From the IMG/VR virus record IMGVR_UViG_3300025364_000003, positions 1 through 64,000 of that record: a stretch of 64,000 nt of DNA. One strand, 5' to 3'. The notes beneath the pieces were generated by a model. That model searched no databases. It was not told the origin of the DNA and saw nothing but the letters and a program-made list of their open reading frames with translations. Positions within the stretch are counted from its first letter, which is position 1. Each line of letters opens with the position of its first letter. The position numbers and the translations under genes are program-made. Positions 1 to 9,209 of this stretch are shown here, piece after piece.

Positions 1-84
1 ATTCACATTGGATGTTCCAAGAAGTTGTCCCTAATAAATTGAGGCAATGGTATATCCTCAGCATGTTGAGACTGACCGATAAGG

Positions 85-113
85 TTGAAACATAAACCAA
101 CAAGCCCTATACT
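85..113 (+). promoter_or_regulatory. sigma70-like promoter for polA (probably leaderless transcript)
   Basis: TTGAAA-N17-TATACT; GTG start follows the -10 box after a 6-nt gap. Confidence 0.6.
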
Positions 114-119
114 TGTCTA

Positions 120-1403
120 GTGGAGCTTTTATTACAGAGGCGTTTTCTCGGTGTCAACAATTTTGACCTTCTGGTAAAGAGCCCAGGAGAGTTTGAAAAG
201 CGTCGTTCTACATTTGTAGGAAAAACATCGCAGGAGCGAATTGTTATTCCTAGTAGCGACTATTGGGAAATTTGCCAGCTTTATCGACGACCTTACAGAC
301 GTTTTCCACCAGCTCCATTCAGAAGAGCTTATGAAAAGGTTCTAAACCCGGAGGATGAAAAGGGTTTCTACCTTCCAAAAAATTTTCCGTGGCGCATGGT
401 GATGCCACCAAACATCTATAAAAAGGAACTTCAAGCAGTCGTCCAAGAACTTTGGGACGACTATCAAAACTTAGATCTGAGTTATTACTTCGGTCCCTTT
501 AAAAGACATTCTGTCATTTTTAAGTCCCTGGGACGTACAGCAGTCGATGTAAAAAAATACGAAGAATTTGTTTCCGATGGGAATGAAAGTTCCAGCAAGG
601 TCGTTTTACAAAGCTTTGCGCCTGCCAAGCAGCACAAGGGTATTTACTTTGCTTCAAAAATCAACTATGATCGATTTTCATCGATAACAGGTCGTTTGAC
701 TGTTAAGAATGGTCCAGGCATATTACATCTCCGCAAGGACTACCGCCAAGTCCTTACATCTCAATGGGGTGATGAAGGTGGGATATATTATGTTGATTTT
801 AAATCATTAGAACCAAGAATATTGCTTGCACTCAAAGACGATAAGCTCAAAGCGCCCAAAGACCTTTACATGTTTGTGGCTGAAGAAATGGGTCTTGATG
901 AAGATGTCGATCGAAAATCGATTAAGACCGCTATCATTTCCATGATTTATGGTGCTAGTGATGATGAGTTAATCAAAAAGCTCAGAGATAAAATTGATTA
1001 CCCTGAACAATTCGTAAACTCCATTAAGGAGCATTTTGGTGTAGAAGAACTTCGCAAAAAGCTACAAGAAGAGTACAAAAAAAATAACGGCAAGTTCATC
1101 TACAATATGTACAGACGTCCAATATTTGCAGAATCAACACCACCATACGTGCTTGTGAATTACTTCATTCAATCGACAGCGGTTGACGTTGCTCTAAATG
1201 GCTTTTCGAACATAATAGAAAGACTGATGGCATCGGATGGCTTTTCTTATGTTAGGCCACTGTTTGTATTGCACGATGCTCTAATATTAGATGTTCACAA
1301 CAAGGCCAAACACCTGTTGCCAAAGATGGCCAAAGCTGGCTCGATCAATATTCCAAAATTTGAAGGAACGAGATTTTGGCTGGATATTGAGCAATTAAGC
1401 TGA
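120..1403 (+). CDS. polA: Family A DNA polymerase (polymerase domain, no recognisable exonuclease domains)
   Basis: TGRL; motif A YYVDFKSLEPRILL; motif B RKSIKTAIISMIYG; NYFIQSTAVD; motif C FVLHDALILDV. Confidence 0.85.
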   Translation: MELLLQRRFLGVNNFDLLVKSPGEFEKRRSTFVGKTSQERIVIPSSDYWEICQLYRRPYRRFPPAPFRRAYEKVLNPEDEKGFYLPKNFPWRMVMPPNIYKKELQAVVQELWDDYQNLDLSYYFGPFKRHSVIFKSLGRTAVDVKKYEEFVSDGNESSSKVVLQSFAPAKQHKGIYFASKINYDRFSSITGRLTVKNGPGILHLRKDYRQVLTSQWGDEGGIYYVDFKSLEPRILLALKDDKLKAPKDLYMFVAEEMGLDEDVDRKSIKTAIISMIYGASDDELIKKLRDKIDYPEQFVNSIKEHFGVEELRKKLQEEYKKNNGKFIYNMYRRPIFAESTPPYVLVNYFIQSTAVDVALNGFSNIIERLMASDGFSYVRPLFVLHDALILDVHNKAKHLLPKMAKAGSINIPKFEGTRFWLDIEQLS

Positions 1404-1476
1404 AGAAACTTTGTTCTTCTTTGGACAACCGAGTAATATCTCTACATGCTTTATTTGTCAGCTAAAGAGGTATGAA

Positions 1477-1749
1477 ATGAGTGAAGAAAACAAAAAAAAT
1501 CTAAGGCTTAGCGATGATGCGATTGCTCTTGTAAGAGAACTCGTACAGCTTTCAATTCTAACTGGCACGAACATTGTTGACCACATGCGTGCCATCCGCC
1601 TTGAACTTGTTGATGGCGCTGTGTATCCAACAGAGGAATATGTAAACGCTTACAATGCTCAGATTGAAGAGCTTACACGAAAAGCAGAAGAGGTACAACA
1701 GAAGATGCAAGAAAAGGTTGCAGATGACTCTGAGTCAAACGTCAACTGA
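1477..1749 (+). CDS. hypothetical protein
   Basis: ORF with GAGG SD before ATG 1477; helical/coiled-coil C-terminus. Confidence 0.7.
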   Translation: MSEENKKNLRLSDDAIALVRELVQLSILTGTNIVDHMRAIRLELVDGAVYPTEEYVNAYNAQIEELTRKAEEVQQKMQEKVADDSESNVN

Positions 1750-2133
1750 CGGCTGCAATTCCTTTAATTCGTTCCAGAAAACGTAACCAATGCCTCTTGT
1801 GGTGAATACTTCAATTGCGTTTTGTTTCGATCGTTCTTCTTTGATTCTGAAATCAGCAACTCTACCCGTGGCAAATACATTTTCGCCGACGGGTATTGTT
1901 TTTTTATAGGTTCCAAGCCTTCCGACTTCTCTTTTAAAGAAATGAAGGTGAACGTAGTCCATATGACTATAGGTTGAACAAACCTGAAACAGTCTGCCTC
2001 TAAGCTTTGCTGAGAACTTAATCGAATACATTGGCAGAACTTTCATATCTTTAATGTTTTGGAATTTGGATGGCAGCCGGTTTTGGCGCCATCTTTTTAT
2101 GGCATTCCATACATTAGGTTTGTCTTTGTCCAT
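1735..2133 (-). CDS. hypothetical protein
   Basis: ORF preceded by TTTACT-N17-CATCAT promoter-like element. Confidence 0.6.
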   Translation of the reverse strand: MDKDKPNVWNAIKRWRQNRLPSKFQNIKDMKVLPMYSIKFSAKLRGRLFQVCSTYSHMDYVHLHFFKREVGRLGTYKKTIPVGENVFATGRVADFRIKEERSKQNAIEVFTTRGIGYVFWNELKELQPSVDV

Positions 2134-2225
2134 AAGATGATGATGTCATCCACATTTTAGAAAGTAAACAGGTTGAATGCATCAGGCCAACATGTTAGAT
2201 TGGCTCCGATTGTTTTGGAGTTGGT

Positions 2226-2551
2226 ATGGAAGTTATTGTGTTTTTGGTAACATTTTGCATATTTGCGATTCCTGCATACTTTGTTTTGCGAATGGTTGCA
2301 GGTGAACTCTTGTTGCTCCTAAATGGGAGCTGGTTTCTTGGGAAAAGAAGGGTATTGCTGATTACATCCTTACTGTTAAAGATCCAAAGAAATCTGAAAC
2401 GCTTCAAGTGAGAGGGTGGTCAACTATATGGCACCATTACCCCGACGGAGGTCGAGTCGGCGTATTTGGTGAAGATAAACTTTGTGAATTCTTCGAGAAA
2501 GTTATCTGGGAAGAGTCGGATAACAATGGCAATCTCTCAAACCGAAGGTGA
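2226..2551 (+). pseudogene. frameshifted membrane-anchored hypothetical protein
   Basis: N-terminal TM helix in one frame; -1 frame from ~2308 is open (VAPKWELVSWEKKG...NRR*) to TGA 2549-2551, just before the next ATG; upstream TTGAAT-N17-TAGATT at 2173-2201. Confidence 0.55.
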
Positions 2552-2554
2552 TAT

Positions 2555-2929
2555 ATGTACACTGCAATAGTTCTCGACGAAGAAAGTAGAAAGCGGCTCA
2601 TAAATCGTTTTATTCATCTGGTCCCAGCAGGGTGGGACGTTATTGCTCATCACATGACCATCAACATGGGCCCGATTGGTAAGGGACCAGCAGACCCTAG
2701 TTTGCTCGGTACGCCGGCTGAATTAACCGTGGTGTCAGTTGCAGCCGATGATAAAGTTTTGGCCGTCGGGGTCACCTCTGACGTCCCCAGTAAGAATGAA
2801 AGACCCCACGTGACGGTTGCGGTAAATCGAGCTGGGGGTGGTAAGCCGTTTATGAGCAACAATTTAAAGGATTGGGAGCTGCTAACTGATCCATTTGATC
2901 TTTTTGGTACAGTCCAGGAGGTGGGATAG
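2555..2929 (+). CDS. 2H phosphoesterase (cyclic phosphodiesterase-like)
   Basis: two HxT motifs: HHMTI and PHVTVA. Confidence 0.75.
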   Translation: MYTAIVLDEESRKRLINRFIHLVPAGWDVIAHHMTINMGPIGKGPADPSLLGTPAELTVVSVAADDKVLAVGVTSDVPSKNERPHVTVAVNRAGGGKPFMSNNLKDWELLTDPFDLFGTVQEVG

Positions 2930-2942
2930 TCTATTTATCCAT

Positions 2943-3161
2943 GTGAACATAGAACAGAGGAAAGAAACCTTACCTGAAAAAATCTTTCTTCTTTTCTTTT
3001 CTATTGTATTCATATTTGCCGCTGGACTGCTTATCGTAGCAATATATTCGTTCATATTTTTCTTGTTGTTGTGCAAAACTCTCTATGAGCTTTTTTTGTT
3101 TGCAATTAGAACTGTGTTTAGCCGTGAATCACAAAAAGAAACAAATAAGATCAAATTTTAG
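2943..3161 (+). CDS. small membrane protein
   Basis: long hydrophobic stretch; preceded by CTATTTAT motif. Confidence 0.55.
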   Translation: MNIEQRKETLPEKIFLLFFSIVFIFAAGLLIVAIYSFIFFLLLCKTLYELFLFAIRTVFSRESQKETNKIKF

Positions 3162-3255
3162 ATCGGCTGTTTTAAATGTGAATGATATTTGATTTCAATG
3201 AGAAAGTTAGCCTAAGCTATTAGGCATTGGAGTACAAACTAGCTATCATTTTCTA

Positions 3256-3470
3256 ATGAAAGAAGAACAAATTATTAAATTATACTTAGACGGATGCTCT
3301 ATTTCTCATATAAAAAATGAGCTTTCTACCAATTTGATAACACTAAAGGATATTTAGAAGGAAATGTTTGGTGGGTACATAAAGATGTCAATAAGATGAA
3401 ATTTGATTTGCCTTTAGAGAGATTTTTAACTTTATGTGACAAGGTGGTGCAGTGTCAAAAAAATCTATAA
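3256..3470 (+). pseudogene. internally deleted HNH-type homing endonuclease remnant
   Basis: HTH-like start MKEEQIIKLYLDGCSISHI joined out of frame to DNTKGYLEGNVWWVHKDVNKMK, a typical phage HNH C-terminus. Confidence 0.6.
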
Positions 3471-3802
3471 GATACAATTTTCGGAAAGAGGTTTTTGTGC
3501 GTGATAATTTTTCTTGCAGAATTTGCGGCAAGCGAGATTTGGTTTTAAAACAAAACCCTCAAAAATATAATTTTGTTAGCGAAATATTAGATTGCCATCA
3601 CATAACAAATAGAAATGAAATAGAAAACGGTGGATACGTTAAAGAAAACGGTATTTCTCTCTGTAAAGATGTTTGTCACCTAAAAGCTGAAGAATATCTC
3701 CAAGGATCCACGCTTCACGAAGGTTTTTCTCCGGTAGAACTTTATTCTAAAATAGGCTCTAGTTATGAAAGAGCGGTTAAAGCAAGCCAAAGACTGGATT
3801 GA
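3452..3802 (+). CDS. HNH endonuclease
   Basis: RDNFSCRICG...CHHI...NGISLC..CH. Confidence 0.8.
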   Translation: MSKKSIRYNFRKEVFVRDNFSCRICGKRDLVLKQNPQKYNFVSEILDCHHITNRNEIENGGYVKENGISLCKDVCHLKAEEYLQGSTLHEGFSPVELYSKIGSSYERAVKASQRLD

Positions 3803-3833
3803 CAGGCTACTTAAGCCTTAGAGGGTTATTGTT

Positions 3834-4049
3834 ATGGAAATTGTACTCGCAGTATTTAGTTGGATTGTTACCATTTTGCTTCCACTTTTGATTCTTTCGG
3901 TTCCTGTTGATCTTATTGTTTCGAAAGTTAAAAAAGATTGGAAAGGTTCAAAAGCTCAAAAATGGTACCGAAGAGTTCAGCTCGTTTGTCTTGGGCTTTT
4001 TGTGCTAAGTTTATTGGTTGCCGTGGTGTTGATGACCGGAACATTTTAA
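3834..4049 (+). CDS. two-TM small membrane protein
   Basis: two hydrophobic helices. Confidence 0.65.
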   Translation: MEIVLAVFSWIVTILLPLLILSVPVDLIVSKVKKDWKGSKAQKWYRRVQLVCLGLFVLSLLVAVVLMTGTF

Positions 4050-4052
4050 AGG

Positions 4053-4081
4053 TTTACAACTTAGAAGCTATATGCTATAGT
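4053..4081 (+). promoter_or_regulatory. sigma70-like promoter for tRNA-Arg/tyrS
   Basis: TTTACA-N17-TATAGT with extended TG. Confidence 0.7.
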
Positions 4082-4105
4082 GAGCATAGTTTGTAAAGTG
4101 TGAAT

Positions 4106-4180
4106 GGACCCATGGTGAAAGGGACATCACAGGAGCCTCCTAAGCTCTTATTCCAGGTTCGAGTCCTGGTGGGTCTGCCA
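4106..4180 (+). tRNA. tRNA-Arg(CCT), CCA encoded
   Basis: cloverleaf: GGACCCA/TGGGTCT acceptor, GGAGC-CTCCTAA-GCTCT anticodon arm, CCAGG-TTCGAGT-CCTGG T arm, GCCA end. Confidence 0.92.
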
Positions 4181-4183
4181 AAT

Positions 4184-4256
4184 GTCCCCGAAGCTCAATT
4201 GGAAGAGCAGTCGGCTTCTACCCGACCGGGTGTAGGTTCGAATCCTACCGGGGATG
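4184..4256 (+). tRNA. tRNA-Arg(TCT)
   Basis: GTCCCCG/CGGGGAT acceptor, GCTC/GAGC D stem, GTCGG-CTTCTAC-CCGAC, GTAGG-TTCGAAT-CCTAC. Confidence 0.92.
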
Positions 4257-4290
4257 CTAACCTTTGTTTGGAGAATAAAGATGTTGAAGA

Positions 4291-5397
4291 ATGATCTACA
4301 GTGGAGGTGTCTTTACCTGTTTTCCTGAACGAACAGAATCTTTTGTAAAGGAATCAGTAAAGTCACTAAAAATAAAGTTTGGTATTGATCCAACAAGAAA
4401 TCGTCTTCATTTGGGACACTTTGTCCCTCTAAGAGTTTGTAGAAAACTCCAAGAACAAGGACATCATCTTGATCTCATTCTTGGAACTCTGACAGCCCAG
4501 CTTGGTGATCCGAGTGGACAGGACAAAACTCGTCCTATCCTTTCGGAAGAAGAGGTCGAGGAAAACGCAGAACAACTGCTTGCACAAGCAAGCAAAGTAT
4601 TGCTTCCTGGGTTCAAGGTTCATAAAAACCGTGACTTTGTCAACGGTATGTCTATTCCATTCTTTCTTGCTAATCTTGCTAGCAAGTTTACGGTTGCAAA
4701 TATGCTTGCACGTGATGGCTTTCGCAAGCGTCATGAAGCAGGCGCACCAATTTCATTACATGAGTTTTTGGTTCCCCTGCTGCAAGGTTGGGATTCTGTA
4801 GTGCTTGATTCTGACGTTGAAATTGGTGGAACAGACCAGTTGTTCAACTTTCAGGTGGCACGCAGTCTTCAGGAATCAGAAGGACAGTCACCCGAAGTTT
4901 GCATTATGACTCCCATCATTAGGGGCACCGATGGACGAAAGATGAGTAAAACCTTCAACAACACCATCTGGCTGGACGAGCCTCCAGAGGAGATGTTTGG
5001 AAAGGTGATGTCTATCCCGGATGATGTGACCGATGAGTGGATTTCACTATTGACTGATTTAATTGATCTTCCAGGTCATCCTATGGTAAAAAAGAAGAAG
5101 CTTGCTTGGGATATTGTAAATCAATTTCACGGTTCCGACAAGGCAGACGAAGCACAAGTTCATTTTGAATCACTTGTCCAACGCAAGGAAACACCAGATG
5201 AAATTCAAGTAATCGAGGCTGATCTTCTGCTGAAGATAGTGGCACTTGTCCGTGAAGTAAGCAACAACAGGGCTCGAAAGCTTGTTAGACAAGGTGGAGT
5301 CACCATCGCCGGCGAAAAGGTTTTAGACCCCCTGTTTTGGCCTGAGCCTGGAACAATCATCAAAATCGGAAAGCGAAATTTTGTAAAGGTAGCCTAG
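4291..5397 (+). CDS. tyrS: tyrosyl-tRNA synthetase
   Basis: KFGIDPT...LHLGH (HIGH), GDPSG, LLQGWD, GGTDQLFN, KMSK, C-terminal S4-like domain. Confidence 0.95.
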   Translation: MIYSGGVFTCFPERTESFVKESVKSLKIKFGIDPTRNRLHLGHFVPLRVCRKLQEQGHHLDLILGTLTAQLGDPSGQDKTRPILSEEEVEENAEQLLAQASKVLLPGFKVHKNRDFVNGMSIPFFLANLASKFTVANMLARDGFRKRHEAGAPISLHEFLVPLLQGWDSVVLDSDVEIGGTDQLFNFQVARSLQESEGQSPEVCIMTPIIRGTDGRKMSKTFNNTIWLDEPPEEMFGKVMSIPDDVTDEWISLLTDLIDLPGHPMVKKKKLAWDIVNQFHGSDKADEAQVHFESLVQRKETPDEIQVIEADLLLKIVALVREVSNNRARKLVRQGGVTIAGEKVLDPLFWPEPGTIIKIGKRNFVKVA

Positions 5398-5467
5398 GTC
5401 ATATTTATAGGTGATGGCTACCTTTAAAAGGTAGCCTAGGTCATATTTATAGGTGATGGCTACCTTT
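5385..5467. repeat. two exact 41-bp direct repeats, each with 10-bp inverted ends
   Basis: AAAGGTAGCCTAGGTCATATTTATAGGTGATGGCTACCTTT at 5385-5425 and 5427-5467. Confidence 0.95.
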
Positions 5468-6358
5468 CGTGGATTTATTGCGGCAAGTGGTTCTTGGGCC
5501 TTTTGGTCAACTGGCGATCCTGTGCCAGCAGGAATATCTTTTGTTACTCAGGTGGCTGGAGCTGCGGCTGGCACAACCATAAATTTTTCTAGCTCGCTTA
5601 CACCAGTTATTACAGACGGACTTTCTCATGCTTTTGATTTTACACAGGGCATAGCAAGGACAATTACAAACGTTACCGATTCTGTTTCCGGCTTCGTGAT
5701 AAATGGCGGTTCACAAGTGGCCGACGGCTGGGCACCGCTGCTAAGAGTTAGCACAGGAAGTATTGGAGGGGGTGGAGCACCATCGCTTTCACAATTTAGC
5801 TTTAAAGCTAACAACGGTAGGAAGTTTATTGCATCTGGTTCTAATTCTATTATTATCACCGGTAGTATGACCGTTGAATTTATCGCAAAGCATGATCTCA
5901 GTCTTGCCGCAACGTGGGATTTTTTGGTTGGCAATTACGATGATGCCTGTTTTAGAATTTGGAAGCAAGGAAGTGGTGCCCCTAACAGGATTAGGTTTGA
6001 TTTTGATGATGATGCAGGTACAAACCTTGCTACTAACAGTTCGTCATCTTTGCCTCTTGAACAATGGTTCCATGTGGTTTGCACCCGTGAGGTAACAGCC
6101 GCTTCTTCGGTTTTCATTACTCAGTCCATTTATATCAATGGTCAGTTTGACGCTGAAGGCAAGTACCAAATTGCCGGCGGGCCTTTCAGCGGCAGTCAAA
6201 CATTTTATGTTGGCGGCAACGGAACAATTAGTGACAATTGGGAAGGGGATTTGATTTTTGTTAGAATTTACACCGACAAGGTATTCACAGCTAGTGAAGT
6301 ACGTCAAACCTATTCTGCTTCCTTGGGTAAATGGCAAAATGAATGGTTTATCAATTAA
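5456..6358 (+). CDS. LamG/concanavalin A-like domain protein (probable virion protein)
   Basis: SMTVEF, EQWFHVVCT, SIYINGQFD, FYVGG, WEGDLIFVRIY..VFTASEV pattern of LamG domains. Confidence 0.75.
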   Translation: MATFRGFIAASGSWAFWSTGDPVPAGISFVTQVAGAAAGTTINFSSSLTPVITDGLSHAFDFTQGIARTITNVTDSVSGFVINGGSQVADGWAPLLRVSTGSIGGGGAPSLSQFSFKANNGRKFIASGSNSIIITGSMTVEFIAKHDLSLAATWDFLVGNYDDACFRIWKQGSGAPNRIRFDFDDDAGTNLATNSSSSLPLEQWFHVVCTREVTAASSVFITQSIYINGQFDAEGKYQIAGGPFSGSQTFYVGGNGTISDNWEGDLIFVRIYTDKVFTASEVRQTYSASLGKWQNEWFIN

Positions 6359-6515
6359 TGATTGATGACGCAAACTAATTAACAGTTGTGAATATTAAGG
6401 TTAAGCTGTTTAGCAAAGTTTTCTTGAGCAAGGCAGCTTTAACCAAATGGGGTTTAATTGCTTTGCTGCCTTGGCCTATACTGATGGTTGTGTTGACATA
6501 CATGGGTATCAGGAC

Positions 6516-6818
6516 ATGGAACAAAACAAAACAGAAATGAGTAAAAAACACAGACGAGCAGAGACCGGACCTATGGCTTTTGGTGATGATTGGCCAGGTG
6601 TATTCATTCGTGGCGACAACGCCGCATATTATGCAATGACCCTCAAGCAGTTCTTGGATGATCCTGATATGGTGAAAGACAATGTTATCATGTCATCAAT
6701 TCTGAATGGACTTGTTTCTACGTTGAACGGATGTATCGTTACGCCAGAAGGCGATCCGGTTGATTGTCAACGCATCAAGGATTTTAACGAGGTGGTAATC
6801 GACAAGCTTGAAGATTAG
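6516..6818 (+). CDS. hypothetical protein
   Basis: ORF with AGGA SD; contains FGDDWPGVFIRGDNA. Confidence 0.65.
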   Translation: MEQNKTEMSKKHRRAETGPMAFGDDWPGVFIRGDNAAYYAMTLKQFLDDPDMVKDNVIMSSILNGLVSTLNGCIVTPEGDPVDCQRIKDFNEVVIDKLED

Positions 6819-9151
6819 AAGTCCAACTTAAATTTGAACAAGAATTTGTCACCCGATCTCTTGAGAATAGGCTGCGCAAAATTTGTTCTTGCGATGACGT
6901 TCAGGTTGTCATCATGAATGTTGATACCAGTAATCCATACCGATTTCGGATCCGTTACGTTTGCCAACGACCCAGTTGTATTGAATGGCATATATGAAGG
7001 ATTTGAAGATGATGTTTCTTTCAATGCTTTTGCAAAAGCATTAATTGTTAGTACATGCACATTCTGTTCTCCTCTGAAGGAGACTTCATATTCACGCTCG
7101 CCCAAAAAGAACAATTGTGGATGCTTTACAAGCACAATGCCTTCATCGTAAAAGATGTTTCCAACAGAAGCCCAAGTTGCGTGTGAACCACTTACATCTG
7201 CCCTATAAAGGTTTCCACGTGAGTCATCTCTGAGAGTGATGCCAACTTTGCCACCAGAATAGGTAAGTGCAGTATCAACAAGTTTGAATGAACCTGGCTT
7301 GATTCGATTGCCGTAGTAAAGATTCGAAATATCGAAGAAAACAACCTGGTTAGATGATGGATCGCTTGTGCGGTGCAGAACAGCCAAACTATCGCCTGGA
7401 AGTGCGGTAATACTTCCGGATTCTGGCTGAGTGCCCAGAAGATCATCAAGTAATGAGCCTGAGGTCACTATTCCCCTGGTTTTCAGACTTTCGGTAATGA
7501 TGTTGTTTAGAGTAACAACACCTAATTCTCTTGCGCCCAGGTCATCAACGAAATTTGTTCCTGACAGTGGGGCAAGTAGATCAAAGTTAGGTAAGAATTT
7601 GCCATTGTCACAGGGCCACACTGTAAACAATCGCTGGCGAACAGAACCGGTTCCGTATAGAAACGCATTGGCGCTAAGTTCTGTCGTAGGAGGTGGCTCA
7701 AAGGTAGAACCAGTCAACTCCCAAAGTCTTGGGAAGTTACCGGTAGCAAAATCACGAACATAGTTTTCCAAATTGATATAGTGACCTCCAGCACCGAATG
7801 CCATTTCAGCCGCAAACGGTGTAAAAGTTTCACCATCACGAGTAAAGAAAGGTGTAACTAATATTCCACCAAACCCATTCAAAAATCTTCTGAATGGGCT
7901 TTCGTGAGTAAAAAATGGTGGAAGATAGAATTTCAGATTGCTCAGGGATCGTGGTCCAGAGCCGCTAAGTTCGCCTATTTCATCAAGAGTCAGGTACTTA
8001 TCATAGAATTTGATGTCATGAACCTCGGAATTTAATGGGTGGGTGAAATCAAAGTTTGTTGGACCAAATACACCAGGTGTCCCGTTTAATTCAATCAACC
8101 CCTCACGAGTTGCTGTATCGGATGCAAAGAAACGATCCATTGCGTCCAGACTGGTGTTGCTACCTTCATAATAGTTTCCAACCACCAGAACTGATGGGTC
8201 GCCAGGCCCTGGGTCTCTACGTCCAAGCAATAAAGATTCAGTAATTGTAAATGTCGTGCTAGTTTGGCCATCTACTATTATGGAACCAGAACCAAAGTTG
8301 TAGTTTTCTCCTCCCCATCTAAAGGTGATGTGATGCCACCTGTTTCTGTCAAGTGCATTGTCTGCTGTCCAGAACGTATACGGATCACTAGTAGTAAGCT
8401 GACTCGGGGGGATATTTGCCGACGAAGAAAGCGCAAGAGCTACTCTAAACCCAGACGGGAATCCATTTATGTCTTTTCTTGAACCAGTGTGAAGCGAAAT
8501 AGCATAGGCACCGCTGAGTTGCATCAAAGTCCCAGGCTTGTAATCAAGTTCGGGTGAATCTTGTACATATCTTGGCTTCATCCAGAAGTCGAAAGAAAAC
8601 GCCCCAGAAAGTTCGTAAGCCGACTGTGAAACGAAGCTTGTAATTGAAGCTGAGTTTGGGTAAAGAATGGCAGAGCCAGTAGGGTTTTGGCTGCTTGAAA
8701 AGAAATTCAAACAATGATAGTTTGCATAGTTGAACTGTGCTCTTGGATACACTGTTCTGTAGTACGGCATAAGCGTTTGCCTAACTACATTCTTTCTAAG
8801 AGTGTTAGAAGTAAATCTAAAACTTGGGGTAAATCGAATTACTTCTTGAGTTTGCCTTTTCCTTACAGAAGGTTGTTGATTATTTACTCCATTAATGTAA
8901 GCTTCTACGTTTGCTCTTATATTTGATTGGGTTGAATTTACCGCAATTGTTCTAAGCTCATCAAGATTTTCATCTCTGTAAAAAGATTCACTAAAAAGCG
9001 ACAGGGGCTGAACTTCTTTTTCAAAGTCAGAGCGTCTAGGGAAAACATTAACGACTCCTGTAAGCCCTGTAGAGCTTGATACAAAGGTTCTTTCTGGGTT
9101 GGTTACCAAAGTAAAAAACTCGAAGTTGTCTGGCGTGAGTCGTGTAATCAT
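6815..9151 (-). CDS. LamG-domain virion structural (baseplate/fibre-associated) protein
   Basis: FSFDFWMKP, RWHHITFRW, HDIKFYDKYL LamG pattern; C-terminal GINIHDDNLNVIARTNFAQPILK motif shared with 11474-12643. Confidence 0.65.
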   Translation of the reverse strand: MITRLTPDNFEFFTLVTNPERTFVSSSTGLTGVVNVFPRRSDFEKEVQPLSLFSESFYRDENLDELRTIAVNSTQSNIRANVEAYINGVNNQQPSVRKRQTQEVIRFTPSFRFTSNTLRKNVVRQTLMPYYRTVYPRAQFNYANYHCLNFFSSSQNPTGSAILYPNSASITSFVSQSAYELSGAFSFDFWMKPRYVQDSPELDYKPGTLMQLSGAYAISLHTGSRKDINGFPSGFRVALALSSSANIPPSQLTTSDPYTFWTADNALDRNRWHHITFRWGGENYNFGSGSIIVDGQTSTTFTITESLLLGRRDPGPGDPSVLVVGNYYEGSNTSLDAMDRFFASDTATREGLIELNGTPGVFGPTNFDFTHPLNSEVHDIKFYDKYLTLDEIGELSGSGPRSLSNLKFYLPPFFTHESPFRRFLNGFGGILVTPFFTRDGETFTPFAAEMAFGAGGHYINLENYVRDFATGNFPRLWELTGSTFEPPPTTELSANAFLYGTGSVRQRLFTVWPCDNGKFLPNFDLLAPLSGTNFVDDLGARELGVVTLNNIITESLKTRGIVTSGSLLDDLLGTQPESGSITALPGDSLAVLHRTSDPSSNQVVFFDISNLYYGNRIKPGSFKLVDTALTYSGGKVGITLRDDSRGNLYRADVSGSHATWASVGNIFYDEGIVLVKHPQLFFLGEREYEVSFRGEQNVHVLTINAFAKALKETSSSNPSYMPFNTTGSLANVTDPKSVWITGINIHDDNLNVIARTNFAQPILKRSGDKFLFKFKLDF

Positions 9152-9209
9152 TTACTTTCCTAATGTAAGTAGAACAATGCATAATTTATGCATTCGTCTC
9201 ACAGTGCGT

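Noticed and set aside
4100-4294. 64-aa ORF in the track
   Set aside because: Overlaps two well-formed tRNA genes
5385-5467. Possible CRISPR mini-array
   Set aside because: Only two repeats separated by 1 nt, no spacers, no cas genes; same for the repeats at 49277 and 59535
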